From IMG/VR virus record IMGVR_UViG_3300020413_000039, positions 1 to 32,556 of that record: 32,556 nt of DNA; one strand, given 5' to 3'. Origin of the DNA: a virus. Lineage: Duplodnaviria > Caudoviricetes. Below are positions 1-8,382 of the stretch, piece by piece (position 1 is the first letter of the stretch; the number at the start of each line of letters is the position of its first letter). The position numbers and the translations under genes were made by a program. The notes under the pieces were generated by a model that worked only from the letters and a program-made list of their open reading frames with translations, did not search any database and was not told where the DNA came from.

Positions 1-121
1 CACGAATCACATCGTGTATCATACACATTGTCTTACCACCACCAGTAGGAACAATGACCTGTCCTAAGTCATTGTCTTCCATTGCCTGTAGTGCTTGTGT
101 TTGATGGGGTCTGAGTTGCAT
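1..121 (-). CDS. SF2 (DEAD-like/ResIII-type) helicase, N-terminal fragment running off the window edge
   Basis: Manual translation from ATG at 121: MQLRPHQTQALQAMEDNDLGQVIVPTGGGKTMCMIHDVIR, with a Q-motif (LRPHQ) and Walker A (PTGGGKT). SD-like AAGGA lies just upstream. Not in the ORF track because it is truncated. Confidence 0.85.
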   Translation of the reverse strand, partial: MQLRPHQTQALQAMEDNDLGQVIVPTGGGKTMCMIHDVIR

Positions 122-141
122 AATTTCCTTTCGATGTACTT

Positions 142-194
142 ATTATAGCACAAGAATTACCCCATAGGGGTATCTTGTGACAGTTGTACAACTG
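142..194 (-). promoter_or_regulatory. Early-type promoter of the helicase, with palindromic upstream elements
   Basis: Extended -10 TGCTATAAT (minus strand, 142-150). Inverted repeat CACAAGA-at-TACCCC-ata-GGGGTA-TCTTGTG (149-179). Perfect 14-bp palindrome CAGTTGTACAACTG (181-194). Confidence 0.7.
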
Positions 195-202
195 GTTTCA
201 CT

Positions 203-823
203 TCAAGTAAATTGTTCATGTCTAATTTTTATATTAAATGATACTGATATTCGATCATCATTCGATTTATTTTCTTCTACTTTGTGTTGTAAATGTGAGG
301 GGAACATCAACATTGTTCCTTCCTTTGGTAGAAAATTGTATGTGTGGTAATTATTAGTTTGCCTTTTAAATTCGTCTGTATAAGAGAATATCTCTATAAA
401 ACTTGTAAAATCTTTTGGAGAAATAAAAATAATATCACCAGAATCTTTTGGTATTTTTAACCACAAAACACCTGCCAAATCACTATTAGGATGATTATGT
501 TTTGTATTGTATGCACCTGTGGGATTTATATTTAACCAATAATAACTGTCTAAATGTATTTTATCATTAAATGCGGGTACACTTTTAAAAATATTAAGTA
601 ATAAACTTTCTAAAAAATTATCCCCTTTTACTGTATATACATCAGATTGCCAACCACCCCTGTTAGAGTTTTGTATATTGTAATTAGTGGACTCTCTTAA
701 ATTGTAAGCAAATTCAATGAGTTCCTGTTTTTTATTTTCAAATTCATCAATCTGTAGATGATGAAGTGTTAGTGGAAATAAATTTATATAATCATAATCC
801 AAATTAATAGTTTCTTGAGTCAT
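203..823 (-). CDS. 2OG-Fe(II) oxygenase-like protein (TIGR02466-type)
   Basis: SNRGGWQS, WLNIN...HNHPNSDLAGVLW and PKEGTMLMFPSHLQHKV...RISVSFN are typical of this cyanophage-abundant family. Confidence 0.85.
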   Translation of the reverse strand: MTQETINLDYDYINLFPLTLHHLQIDEFENKKQELIEFAYNLRESTNYNIQNSNRGGWQSDVYTVKGDNFLESLLLNIFKSVPAFNDKIHLDSYYWLNINPTGAYNTKHNHPNSDLAGVLWLKIPKDSGDIIFISPKDFTSFIEIFSYTDEFKRQTNNYHTYNFLPKEGTMLMFPSHLQHKVEENKSNDDRISVSFNIKIRHEQFT

Positions 824-827
824 ATGT

Positions 828-1709
828 CTAATCTATAATTTTTAATTTGTTTTTTGTCTCACTATATGCTTTCACAACTAATGATTTACCACCCACGTTC
901 GGAGCACCCATATTGGATACATAATTTTTCCATTCAATCTGTTCAAAGATAGTGCGAACATAATCTTTATTTGATTTAAACAGATAGTGTGTGGTTGTCT
1001 CAGGTGTAACTACATCCATATCACAAACCCCTATCTTACCCCAATACTTGAGAGCAAAATCCCAATACTCTTGATTCTCGATTTGCTTTCTTACCTCTGG
1101 AAGTCTTGGAACATTATCACAAGTCAAGAACATTTCAAAGTCTTGATGTTTTGTTGGTGGTCTTTCTCTAATTCTAATGTCTTTATATCCCTTTGACTTC
1201 GACCACACTTGCATACAACAAGGAACATTATAGGGTTCTCCTTTGAATACAAAACTATTCTTAGGTAGTAACTCACTATAATACAATGAGAAAGACTTAT
1301 CTAGTTGAAACTGTACCTTCCAAGATGTTGACCACTTTGCAGGAACTATAAAGGCAATGAGTTCACTAAAAGTTGCTGCGTGATTAAAGAAACCCTTTGC
1401 CAACGGATTCATATAACCTGTTCCAAATGGAGGGTTAGTAACTGTAGCAATTCTTATATTATTAGTAAGTGGATGATATGGTGAATTATATTTGAAAAAA
1501 TCTTGCTTGATAATATTACTATCCTCTGGTTCTATATCCATTCCTACTGAACTCGATGGTAGATACTGTAATATATTTCCACACCCTGCAGCTGGTTCAA
1601 TAACCATATCGAAAGAATCTAGTGGATAGTATTGATTGACAACATCCACGAACCTTTTAGCAATATCAGGGTGTGTATAAAACTTATCTAAATCCTTTTC
1701 TTTTGCCAT
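828..1709 (-). CDS. SAM-dependent DNA amino-methyltransferase (probably N6-adenine, gamma-like motif order), orphan
   Basis: DKFYT (motif X), IEPAAGCG (motif I), DIEP, QDFF and catalytic TNPPFG (motif IV). No cognate endonuclease is recognisable in the window. Confidence 0.8.
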   Translation of the reverse strand: MAKEKDLDKFYTHPDIAKRFVDVVNQYYPLDSFDMVIEPAAGCGNILQYLPSSSVGMDIEPEDSNIIKQDFFKYNSPYHPLTNNIRIATVTNPPFGTGYMNPLAKGFFNHAATFSELIAFIVPAKWSTSWKVQFQLDKSFSLYYSELLPKNSFVFKGEPYNVPCCMQVWSKSKGYKDIRIRERPPTKHQDFEMFLTCDNVPRLPEVRKQIENQEYWDFALKYWGKIGVCDMDVVTPETTTHYLFKSNKDYVRTIFEQIEWKNYVSNMGAPNVGGKSLVVKAYSETKNKLKIID

Positions 1710-1729
1710 ATAATGCTTGCATTGATCCC

Positions 1730-1758
1730 ATTATAGCAAAAAATCCCACCTTTTGCAA
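1730..1758 (-). promoter_or_regulatory. sigma70-like promoter for the methyltransferase/oxygenase pair
   Basis: Minus strand TTGCAA-17 bp-TATAAT with extended TG, about 20 nt upstream of the ATG at 1709. Confidence 0.7.
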
Positions 1759-1762
1759 GTCG

Positions 1763-1825
1763 GGTCTTAAAAAAACATAGAGTCTCTAGAACAACCATAC
1801 CAAAGGTATGTATGATTTTTAGACC
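1763..1825. other. Structured intergenic element between divergent promoters (candidate ncRNA or DNA site)
   Basis: Imperfect outer arms GGTCT-T-AAAAAAA-CATA ... TATG-ATTTTT-AGACC enclose TAGAG-T-CTCTA and the hairpin CATACC-AAA-GGTATG. Confidence 0.35.
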
Positions 1826-1826
1826 T

Positions 1827-1854
1827 TTGACAAATCATATAGATATGCTATAAT
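1827..1854 (+). promoter_or_regulatory. Consensus sigma70 promoter for the two plus-strand oxygenases
   Basis: TTGACA (1827-1832), 16 bp, TATAAT (1849-1854) with extended TG; 21 nt upstream of the ATG at 1876. Confidence 0.85.
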
Positions 1855-1875
1855 AATTGATATATCTTTTTTTTA

Positions 1876-2496
1876 ATGGAAAGTTTAAAAGCAGAGACAT
1901 TTGAAAAACCTTTCCCATATATGATTATATACGATTTTTATAATGAAGATGAATTGAAGTTAATATGGGAAGAATTAAATTTTTATACTAAACCAAATAA
2001 ACTATTAGAAGCAAAAGATTATGGTGGAGTTATTGATGGTACAAATGCTAAAGCAATATGTCTAGACCAAATATACAAGGAACATCGAAATTTATCTAAT
2101 ATACTCACTGTCAGTCGTAAATTATTTAATAAAGATATCTTAAAGGCTATTCAAGAAATGGGTAGAGAATTTACAATCGCACCCTATGTAAATTATGATA
2201 TTACTAAAGTAAGATACTATCATGATCAGGAATATTATGACCCTCATACTGACAGGATATATAATTTTCTAGGTTTTTCATATTTTTTTAAAGAACCTAG
2301 AAAATTTGATGGGGGAGAATTATTTTTCCCTGATCACGAATTTGATTATATGTGTGAAAACAATTCAATAATTATATTTCCTGGTTGGGTTAAACATGGT
2401 GTAAGAAAAATATCAATTAATAACTCAGATTATTTTGATGGGTATGGTCGTTATGCCATTACAAGTTTTTTTGGATGTGGAGATATAGAAAAATGA
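1876..2496 (+). CDS. 2OG-Fe(II) oxygenase (prolyl-4-hydroxylase-like)
   Basis: YY...YYDPHTD (HxD), FDGGELFF, IIIFPGWVKHGV (distal His), GRYAIT (2OG-binding Arg). Confidence 0.88.
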   Translation: MESLKAETFEKPFPYMIIYDFYNEDELKLIWEELNFYTKPNKLLEAKDYGGVIDGTNAKAICLDQIYKEHRNLSNILTVSRKLFNKDILKAIQEMGREFTIAPYVNYDITKVRYYHDQEYYDPHTDRIYNFLGFSYFFKEPRKFDGGELFFPDHEFDYMCENNSIIIFPGWVKHGVRKISINNSDYFDGYGRYAITSFFGCGDIEK

Positions 2497-3032
2497 GTGA
2501 ATTGAAACTGACAATATATGATAACAAGATACCTTTCACACAAAGAGATGTGATTTATAAATTTTGTTTAAATTCTACATATAAGTTGGGTTGGGTAGAT
2601 ACTAATGAACCACACAAATATGAATTAAATACTTTCAGTTCTTGGTCAATAGATGATTTGCAAACTTGTGGCATTTATCCTTATCTTGAAATGGCATTGA
2701 AGAGCACAGATTGGTTTACAAATACAAAAATCGAAAAAATTGTCGTAAATCTAGTTCGCCCTGATGATGTTCATTTCATTCACGGACATCCAGAAACTCA
2801 GGTTTTTTTATATTATGTAAATCTAGATTGGCAAGATGGTTGGTATGGAGAAACTGTGTTTTATAATCCAGATGATATTAATTCTATCGAATATACATCC
2901 TCATATATTCCTGGTAGAATAATATTATTTGATGGGAATATACCTCACGCAATTCGCCCACAATCAATTAATGCTCCAAAATATAGATTCTCTTTAAGTG
3001 TATTCTACAGTGTTGATAAAATTCTTAAGTAG
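2493..3032 (+). CDS. 2OG-Fe(II) oxygenase-like protein (HxH variant)
   Basis: HGH...FLYYVNLDWQDGWYGETVF, PGRIILFDGNIPHAIRP and YRFSLS. Start moved to ATG 2493, which overlaps the upstream stop (ATGA); the ORF track gives 2475. Confidence 0.82.
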   Translation: MSELKLTIYDNKIPFTQRDVIYKFCLNSTYKLGWVDTNEPHKYELNTFSSWSIDDLQTCGIYPYLEMALKSTDWFTNTKIEKIVVNLVRPDDVHFIHGHPETQVFLYYVNLDWQDGWYGETVFYNPDDINSIEYTSSYIPGRIILFDGNIPHAIRPQSINAPKYRFSLSVFYSVDKILK

Positions 3033-4182
3033 GATTTGCATTTTGTGTGCCACCAATAAGACTACCAGCGTATCCAGATGTATCAAGTGTTTTATTTGAG
3101 GTTTTTACAATAGCGTATCCGTTTCCACCTGCACTTCCACCACCATACACACTAGGTCCCCATTGCCACTCACCTTCACCTGCAGTACCACCAGCTTCTC
3201 CATTATTTCCACCTAATGCTGTTTGCTCCGAGTCTGCACCACGACCACCTGCACCTCCACCTATATACCCACCTTCTCCACCATGATTGATATCTCCTCC
3301 AGCAGCACCGCCATTTCCAGCAAGAAGAGCTGAACCATTAAATCCATTATTTCCATCCGCATATGGATAACCATTGGGAGCAACTTCTTGACCACCTGAA
3401 CCTGCTGGTATACCAGCACCTCCACCTCCACCACTGCCCTGTCCAACAAGGGTAGGTTTATTACCATTTTCAGTTGTGCCACTAGCCCAACCTCCACCTC
3501 CACCGCCAGCATAACCTCTCTGTATCTTTGCTCCTGATGTGCCTATAAGTTTTGTTGTTCCAACATATTCAATACCAATTGCACTTGTTCCATCTCCTCC
3601 ATTTGGAACATTTGTTGGACCACCAGTACCACCATCACCACCAGCACCAGATATAAGACCACCATTCCTTACATTTATTCTTAAATCAGTACCAGTAGTC
3701 CAAGTTCCTGTCCTGAGAGCAACTACTGTAGTACTGTTTATTTTTTGAGATCCTATTTCTTTATTAACTAAAATGGTAATTTTTTTACCACCTGTATTTG
3801 AAGGAGGTGAATCTGTAGAGGTTGAATTATCACCACCTTTGGGACCAATTATTCTAAAATTACCTGGTTGTGATACTGCTGTATATTTATCTTTTGCACT
3901 GACACGATTTTGATTTGATGTGTAACAATCTACCAACACATTTAATCTTGAATTATAAAAATCACTGAATTTAATTTCTTGACTATCGACTGGGATGCTT
4001 CCATTCCCTAAAATTCCACAACCATCTCCATCAAGAGGGATCTCAGTTAATCCACCTATATTTAAATTTTCCATTCTATATCCACCTAAAGATTTCGTAC
4101 TATTTTCTCCAAATTCATCAATTATATCTTGAAATCTTAATGGATTTGTTGGTGGATTTGCGTTTGCTGGATCGATTGCCAT
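3025..4182 (-). CDS. Glycine-rich tail-associated protein, T-even gp38 adhesin-like
   Basis: Short N-terminal module (LRFQDIIDEFG...IKFSDFYN), a beta-rich middle, then polyglycine blocks (ISGAGGDGG, YAGGGGGG, GGGGGAG, GGSAGGNGYAI). Last gene of the late fibre operon. Confidence 0.6.
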   Translation of the reverse strand: MAIDPANANPPTNPLRFQDIIDEFGENSTKSLGGYRMENLNIGGLTEIPLDGDGCGILGNGSIPVDSQEIKFSDFYNSRLNVLVDCYTSNQNRVSAKDKYTAVSQPGNFRIIGPKGGDNSTSTDSPPSNTGGKKITILVNKEIGSQKINSTTVVALRTGTWTTGTDLRINVRNGGLISGAGGDGGTGGPTNVPNGGDGTSAIGIEYVGTTKLIGTSGAKIQRGYAGGGGGGWASGTTENGNKPTLVGQGSGGGGGAGIPAGSGGQEVAPNGYPYADGNNGFNGSALLAGNGGAAGGDINHGGEGGYIGGGAGGRGADSEQTALGGNNGEAGGTAGEGEWQWGPSVYGGGSAGGNGYAIVKTSNKTLDTSGYAGSLIGGTQNANPT

Positions 4183-4185
4183 GAC

Positions 4186-5856
4186 TTAAGAGGTTGTTTG
4201 ATACCTAACTCTAGGATATTTAACTGTGGAAGTATTTCTGTTCTTATGTAGTTGTGCTGGACTTGCCATACCACTATCAGGTCTTTTCTTAGGAATAAAG
4301 GCATAACGATTATCACTATCACCTAATCCTTCATATGGTGATTGTTCTGGCAATCCTTGTGTTCCAACCTCTGAGAGAGAGTTTTCAATTAAATGTTGTA
4401 GTGCTTCTGCCTGAGTAAGATTTGGTTCTTGTTCTGCAACACAAGCGACTATACCAGCAACTTGAGGACCTGCCATACTCGTGCCACTAATAGATGCTAA
4501 ATGATAGGAACTATTTCTAGGATCTTGTGCTGTAGAACCATAATTTTCAGCGGTAGCACTCGCCTGATCAAAAACAGCAGAAATAATATCACTTCCAGGT
4601 GCCCAAATATCTACACGACTACCCCAGTTACTAAAATTAGATTTATATTCTGCAACTTTAGAACCAATTGATCCTACATTAATAACATTATCTGCTGATC
4701 CAGGCGATGACCCTCTTGAAAAATAATAGGGGGTTGAACCTACTATCAGATTATTGTTGTAATCCTGACCTGTTGTAATTTCACAATTCCAATAACTATT
4801 TCCAGCAGATGCTATGACAATGACCCCATCATTTATAGCATCTTGTAAATCAGCATCAATAGATGCATTTCTGGCAGGTACTCTATAAAGAATACTTGCG
4901 TATCCATATGGACAAGGAATACCATTTGCCTCGAAAGCTGTTGCCTTCTGACTGTTTGACATCGAAGAAATATCAGTAAATGTACCTCGATAGTTTATAC
5001 CGCTGAATAAAGAGAAACTTAAATTACCATAAGAGGATCCCCAACTGTTATTCATTACAGTTGGATTTCTTCTTCCTGTACTGGTATTAATTGGTTTGTT
5101 TTTATGAAAATAACGAACGTAATCCCACATATATTGAGCCCAACTACTTCCCCCGTAACCAGAGAGAGCACTTGAAAATGCAATATTGTAGATATTTGCG
5201 TCTCTTGCCCATCCTTGTGTATTGCCACATGCGGTTCCTGCAACGTGAGTGCCATGATTTTCATTTGGAGATGCACCAGAGGTACTATACGTATATGTTG
5301 CAGGAGTTCCAGAGTATCCTAAAGCAGAGCTATATTGATACCAATTAAATTGATTTACTCTACTACCACCAGTTCCATTAGGATTAACAGCAAACTCAGG
5401 ATGATTAGGATTTACATGACTGTCAGCGATTACGACATCAACATTTTTTCCTGATGAAGTTGTATTAATAGTTTGATTTGATATCTCTGTTGTTGAATCA
5501 CTTCCCCAACTTGATACGGAATCTCCTTTTATCATTCTATAGAGACCCCAGTTTTTATCATCAGTTTCAAGAGTTCCTGCAGTTTTTTCAAAATCACCAG
5601 TTTGTGTCCAATATGATACAAATTCAATACCTTGGTCTAATGGATTCAATTCACAAGCAAGCACTCTACTATCTTGACTTATCTCATTCGCTTCTGCCTC
5701 GGTAAGCATATAATGTGTATTTCGACTGATATTTCTTCTTTGTAATAATTCTACTGCCCTATCTGGAATATAAAGACTTCCACCTGGTGTCTCCATATCA
5801 TCATAGAGACTTTGAAGATCTTCGTGAGTCTTACAGGTAACAATATATTCTTTCAT
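4186..5856 (-). CDS. Subtilisin-like serine protease (peptidase S8)
   Basis: Catalytic motifs VDVVIADS (Asp), NHGTHVAG (His), SGTSMAGPQVAG (Ser) and oxyanion ASAGN, plus SNFSNWGSRVDIWAPG. N-terminal KEYIVT prodomain-like region; no signal peptide. Confidence 0.93.
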   Translation of the reverse strand: MKEYIVTCKTHEDLQSLYDDMETPGGSLYIPDRAVELLQRRNISRNTHYMLTEAEANEISQDSRVLACELNPLDQGIEFVSYWTQTGDFEKTAGTLETDDKNWGLYRMIKGDSVSSWGSDSTTEISNQTINTTSSGKNVDVVIADSHVNPNHPEFAVNPNGTGGSRVNQFNWYQYSSALGYSGTPATYTYSTSGASPNENHGTHVAGTACGNTQGWARDANIYNIAFSSALSGYGGSSWAQYMWDYVRYFHKNKPINTSTGRRNPTVMNNSWGSSYGNLSFSLFSGINYRGTFTDISSMSNSQKATAFEANGIPCPYGYASILYRVPARNASIDADLQDAINDGVIVIASAGNSYWNCEITTGQDYNNNLIVGSTPYYFSRGSSPGSADNVINVGSIGSKVAEYKSNFSNWGSRVDIWAPGSDIISAVFDQASATAENYGSTAQDPRNSSYHLASISGTSMAGPQVAGIVACVAEQEPNLTQAEALQHLIENSLSEVGTQGLPEQSPYEGLGDSDNRYAFIPKKRPDSGMASPAQLHKNRNTSTVKYPRVRYQTTS

Positions 5857-8357
5857 TAATCCTCCAACTTAAGATAATGTAGAGTGACTTGTATTGGGTA
5901 TGCACTGCTCTCTTTATTCACAACTTTAACATAAGTGTTAGTTGAAGGAGTACTATCATTGTTCCACCCAATTACACCTGGTGTTAGTATTTGTGTTGCA
6001 GAACCACTTGTAATTACTTCAGCAATCACACCAGAACCAGGTGTTGGGTCTGTAGTCTCTGCTCTACTTGCATCATTAGTTCTTGAAGTTCCATCAGTAT
6101 ATACAGTTACCCATGCAGCATAATTTGTTTGAATTTTTTGTAAAACATAAGATTTTGCTGTAGTCATATTCAAATCAGAAGCACCTCCAGATGCTAAACT
6201 AGAAGTGGTTGCTGTATCAGTGGTTCTTGATTGAAGACTACTACCACCTCCACCTCCACCGCCTGAAGCGTTAATTGTAATTTCATCACTTGAGTCATCT
6301 GTTGTAATTGTTACATTTGTTCCTGCAACAAAAGTGACAGTATCTTGTTTTGCATCTGCCTGTACAGTGGCTTGACCACTAACTGCAAAATTTGAGAAAG
6401 CATTCTGATTAACTTCTCCTCCACCTGAATTAGCTTCTAATGCTGTCCAACTACCACCACTATAAACTTCTAGTTTATTGGTGGTTGAGTTGTAAATAAA
6501 TGCACCATTTTCAGCTGGAGTAATATTAGCATTTCTATCTGCAGTTGTTAAAGACGGGGGTATAATATACCTATTGTTTAAGGAACCAGCAGTTCTAAAA
6601 TCTACAGCAGAATCAGGATTTGTTGTTCCAACTCCAAGACCGTAGAAACCTGCAATAGTATCTACAGTGCCATCAATTCCAAATACAGTATCAAGAGCAG
6701 CATCTGTATTAATTCCTATTCTGAAAAATGTTGAAACGCCAGCATTAGCATATACATTTCCATTTAAATTACCAGTGAAATTTCCATTTAAATTTCCATT
6801 CAGACTTCCATTTACATTAATATTTCCATTTACAGTTAAATTATTTTCAATAATACCAGAACCAGCAACAGAAAGAGTGCCACCAACAAACGATGCTCCA
6901 GTGGTTGTTGAAATTCCAGAAACATATAATGTTGTGGTTGGTTGAGTTTCACCTATTCCAAGACGACCTGTATTTGTAAGGGTCATTAATCTTGTAGACA
7001 TCCCCTTATGCCAATAAAAATCTCCCTGAACATTACCAGAATTAGCACCACTTAAATGATAATTAAAATTACCAGTTCCATAATTAATTAAATCGAATGA
7101 TTGTGCTGAACTGTATGGTGCACCAGAACCACCACCAAATCTCATTTCCGCATTATTTACATTACTGGTGCTAGATTCACGACCAACTGTTATACCTGCA
7201 ATCCCTGTGTCACTTGTAACTTGAATTTCTGCGTTTCCAGTCTTTCTAACATGAATTTCATTTTGTGGATTTGCAGTACCAACACTTAGGCTAGATGTTG
7301 CAGTTATTATACCTGATGAATTAATACTACCTACATTATAAACTTCTGTGCCTGTTCCAACTCTTCCGTCTAATTCTTTATTTACTAATTCATAATAATT
7401 ACTAGCGTGAGCAAAATATCCTCTACCAGTTGCATGAACATGAGCAAACAATCCGTGATATGTACTAGCATTGGGTAAAGAACCCATATTAGCATATAAG
7501 GATGGTATTTTATTTTCACCAGATATACCTTGTATAGTGCTACCAAATGTAGCTGGTTCTGAGACAACAAGAGAATCTAAATTAGTTAATCCATCAACAT
7601 CTAAATTACCATCTAAATCTGTATTACCATTAACATTAAGATTTCCAGTAGCAGAAATTGTGTTTACTGTTATATTTGGAATACTAATTAATCCACTAGC
7701 ACTACCAGATGTATTCTGATTACCAAGTACATTAACACCAGGAAGATTTATATCGGCAGTACCATCAAAAGATACTCCACCTACAAGTCTTGCAGTTTGT
7801 AATTTTACTGCTTCATCTGCTAAAGTTGCAGTGGTTACATTACCATCAAATGAACCAACAAACGATGTTGCAGATATGATACCTGACGCATGAATATTAC
7901 CTACAGAACTAATACCTACTCCCATTTGTGAAGGTGGGAAACCTCCAACTTGAAATGTGCTAGTAGCGTTAGTTGTTCCAATTCCACAATTCTGTGATGT
8001 AAGAGCAATACCAGTATTTGAACTTACGAATTGTGTGCTTGGAAGATTTTGTAAATATTGACCATCACCATAAAATGTTACTATTCCTCCTCCACCTGTG
8101 CTTGTAACTACACCACTCTTTATACTTACACCCGCACCAATGATCTCTGTTGGGTTAAGAGTTGATATTGTTGCTACACCTGATTGAACACTGAAAAAAC
8201 TTGATATTCCAGATACGATTAAATTCCCCTCAACATCAAGTGCTTCAGTAGGAACAGTTTTTCCTATGGCAACCAAACCACTAGAAGTTACTAACAGATT
8301 GTCTTCATCAACCTGAACACCGTTCCTAAAATTAAAACTCTTCTTAATATTCGCCAT
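5856..8357 (-). CDS. Tail fibre / virion structural protein
   Basis: Recurrent GIGTT/GVGTTNP fibre motifs, FYGDG.YL.NL, ARLVGGVSFDGTADINLPG; G/S/T/N-rich; in the late operon. Confidence 0.75.
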   Translation of the reverse strand: MANIKKSFNFRNGVQVDEDNLLVTSSGLVAIGKTVPTEALDVEGNLIVSGISSFFSVQSGVATISTLNPTEIIGAGVSIKSGVVTSTGGGGIVTFYGDGQYLQNLPSTQFVSSNTGIALTSQNCGIGTTNATSTFQVGGFPPSQMGVGISSVGNIHASGIISATSFVGSFDGNVTTATLADEAVKLQTARLVGGVSFDGTADINLPGVNVLGNQNTSGSASGLISIPNITVNTISATGNLNVNGNTDLDGNLDVDGLTNLDSLVVSEPATFGSTIQGISGENKIPSLYANMGSLPNASTYHGLFAHVHATGRGYFAHASNYYELVNKELDGRVGTGTEVYNVGSINSSGIITATSSLSVGTANPQNEIHVRKTGNAEIQVTSDTGIAGITVGRESSTSNVNNAEMRFGGGSGAPYSSAQSFDLINYGTGNFNYHLSGANSGNVQGDFYWHKGMSTRLMTLTNTGRLGIGETQPTTTLYVSGISTTTGASFVGGTLSVAGSGIIENNLTVNGNINVNGSLNGNLNGNFTGNLNGNVYANAGVSTFFRIGINTDAALDTVFGIDGTVDTIAGFYGLGVGTTNPDSAVDFRTAGSLNNRYIIPPSLTTADRNANITPAENGAFIYNSTTNKLEVYSGGSWTALEANSGGGEVNQNAFSNFAVSGQATVQADAKQDTVTFVAGTNVTITTDDSSDEITINASGGGGGGGSSLQSRTTDTATTSSLASGGASDLNMTTAKSYVLQKIQTNYAAWVTVYTDGTSRTNDASRAETTDPTPGSGVIAEVITSGSATQILTPGVIGWNNDSTPSTNTYVKVVNKESSAYPIQVTLHYLKLED

Positions 8358-8375
8358 CAGTTATTTATTTTTAGT

Positions 8376-8382
8376 TATTTAT
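8376..8382 (-). promoter_or_regulatory. T4-type (gp55) late promoter
   Basis: ATAAATA on the minus strand overlapping the upstream stop codon, with a second copy at 8362-8368; upstream of ATG 8357. Confidence 0.55.

Noticed and set aside
1-1709. Helicase plus methyltransferase as a type I/III restriction-modification system
   Set aside because: They are separated by an oxygenase and have separate promoters. Only 40 aa of the helicase are visible, with no nuclease or specificity subunit.
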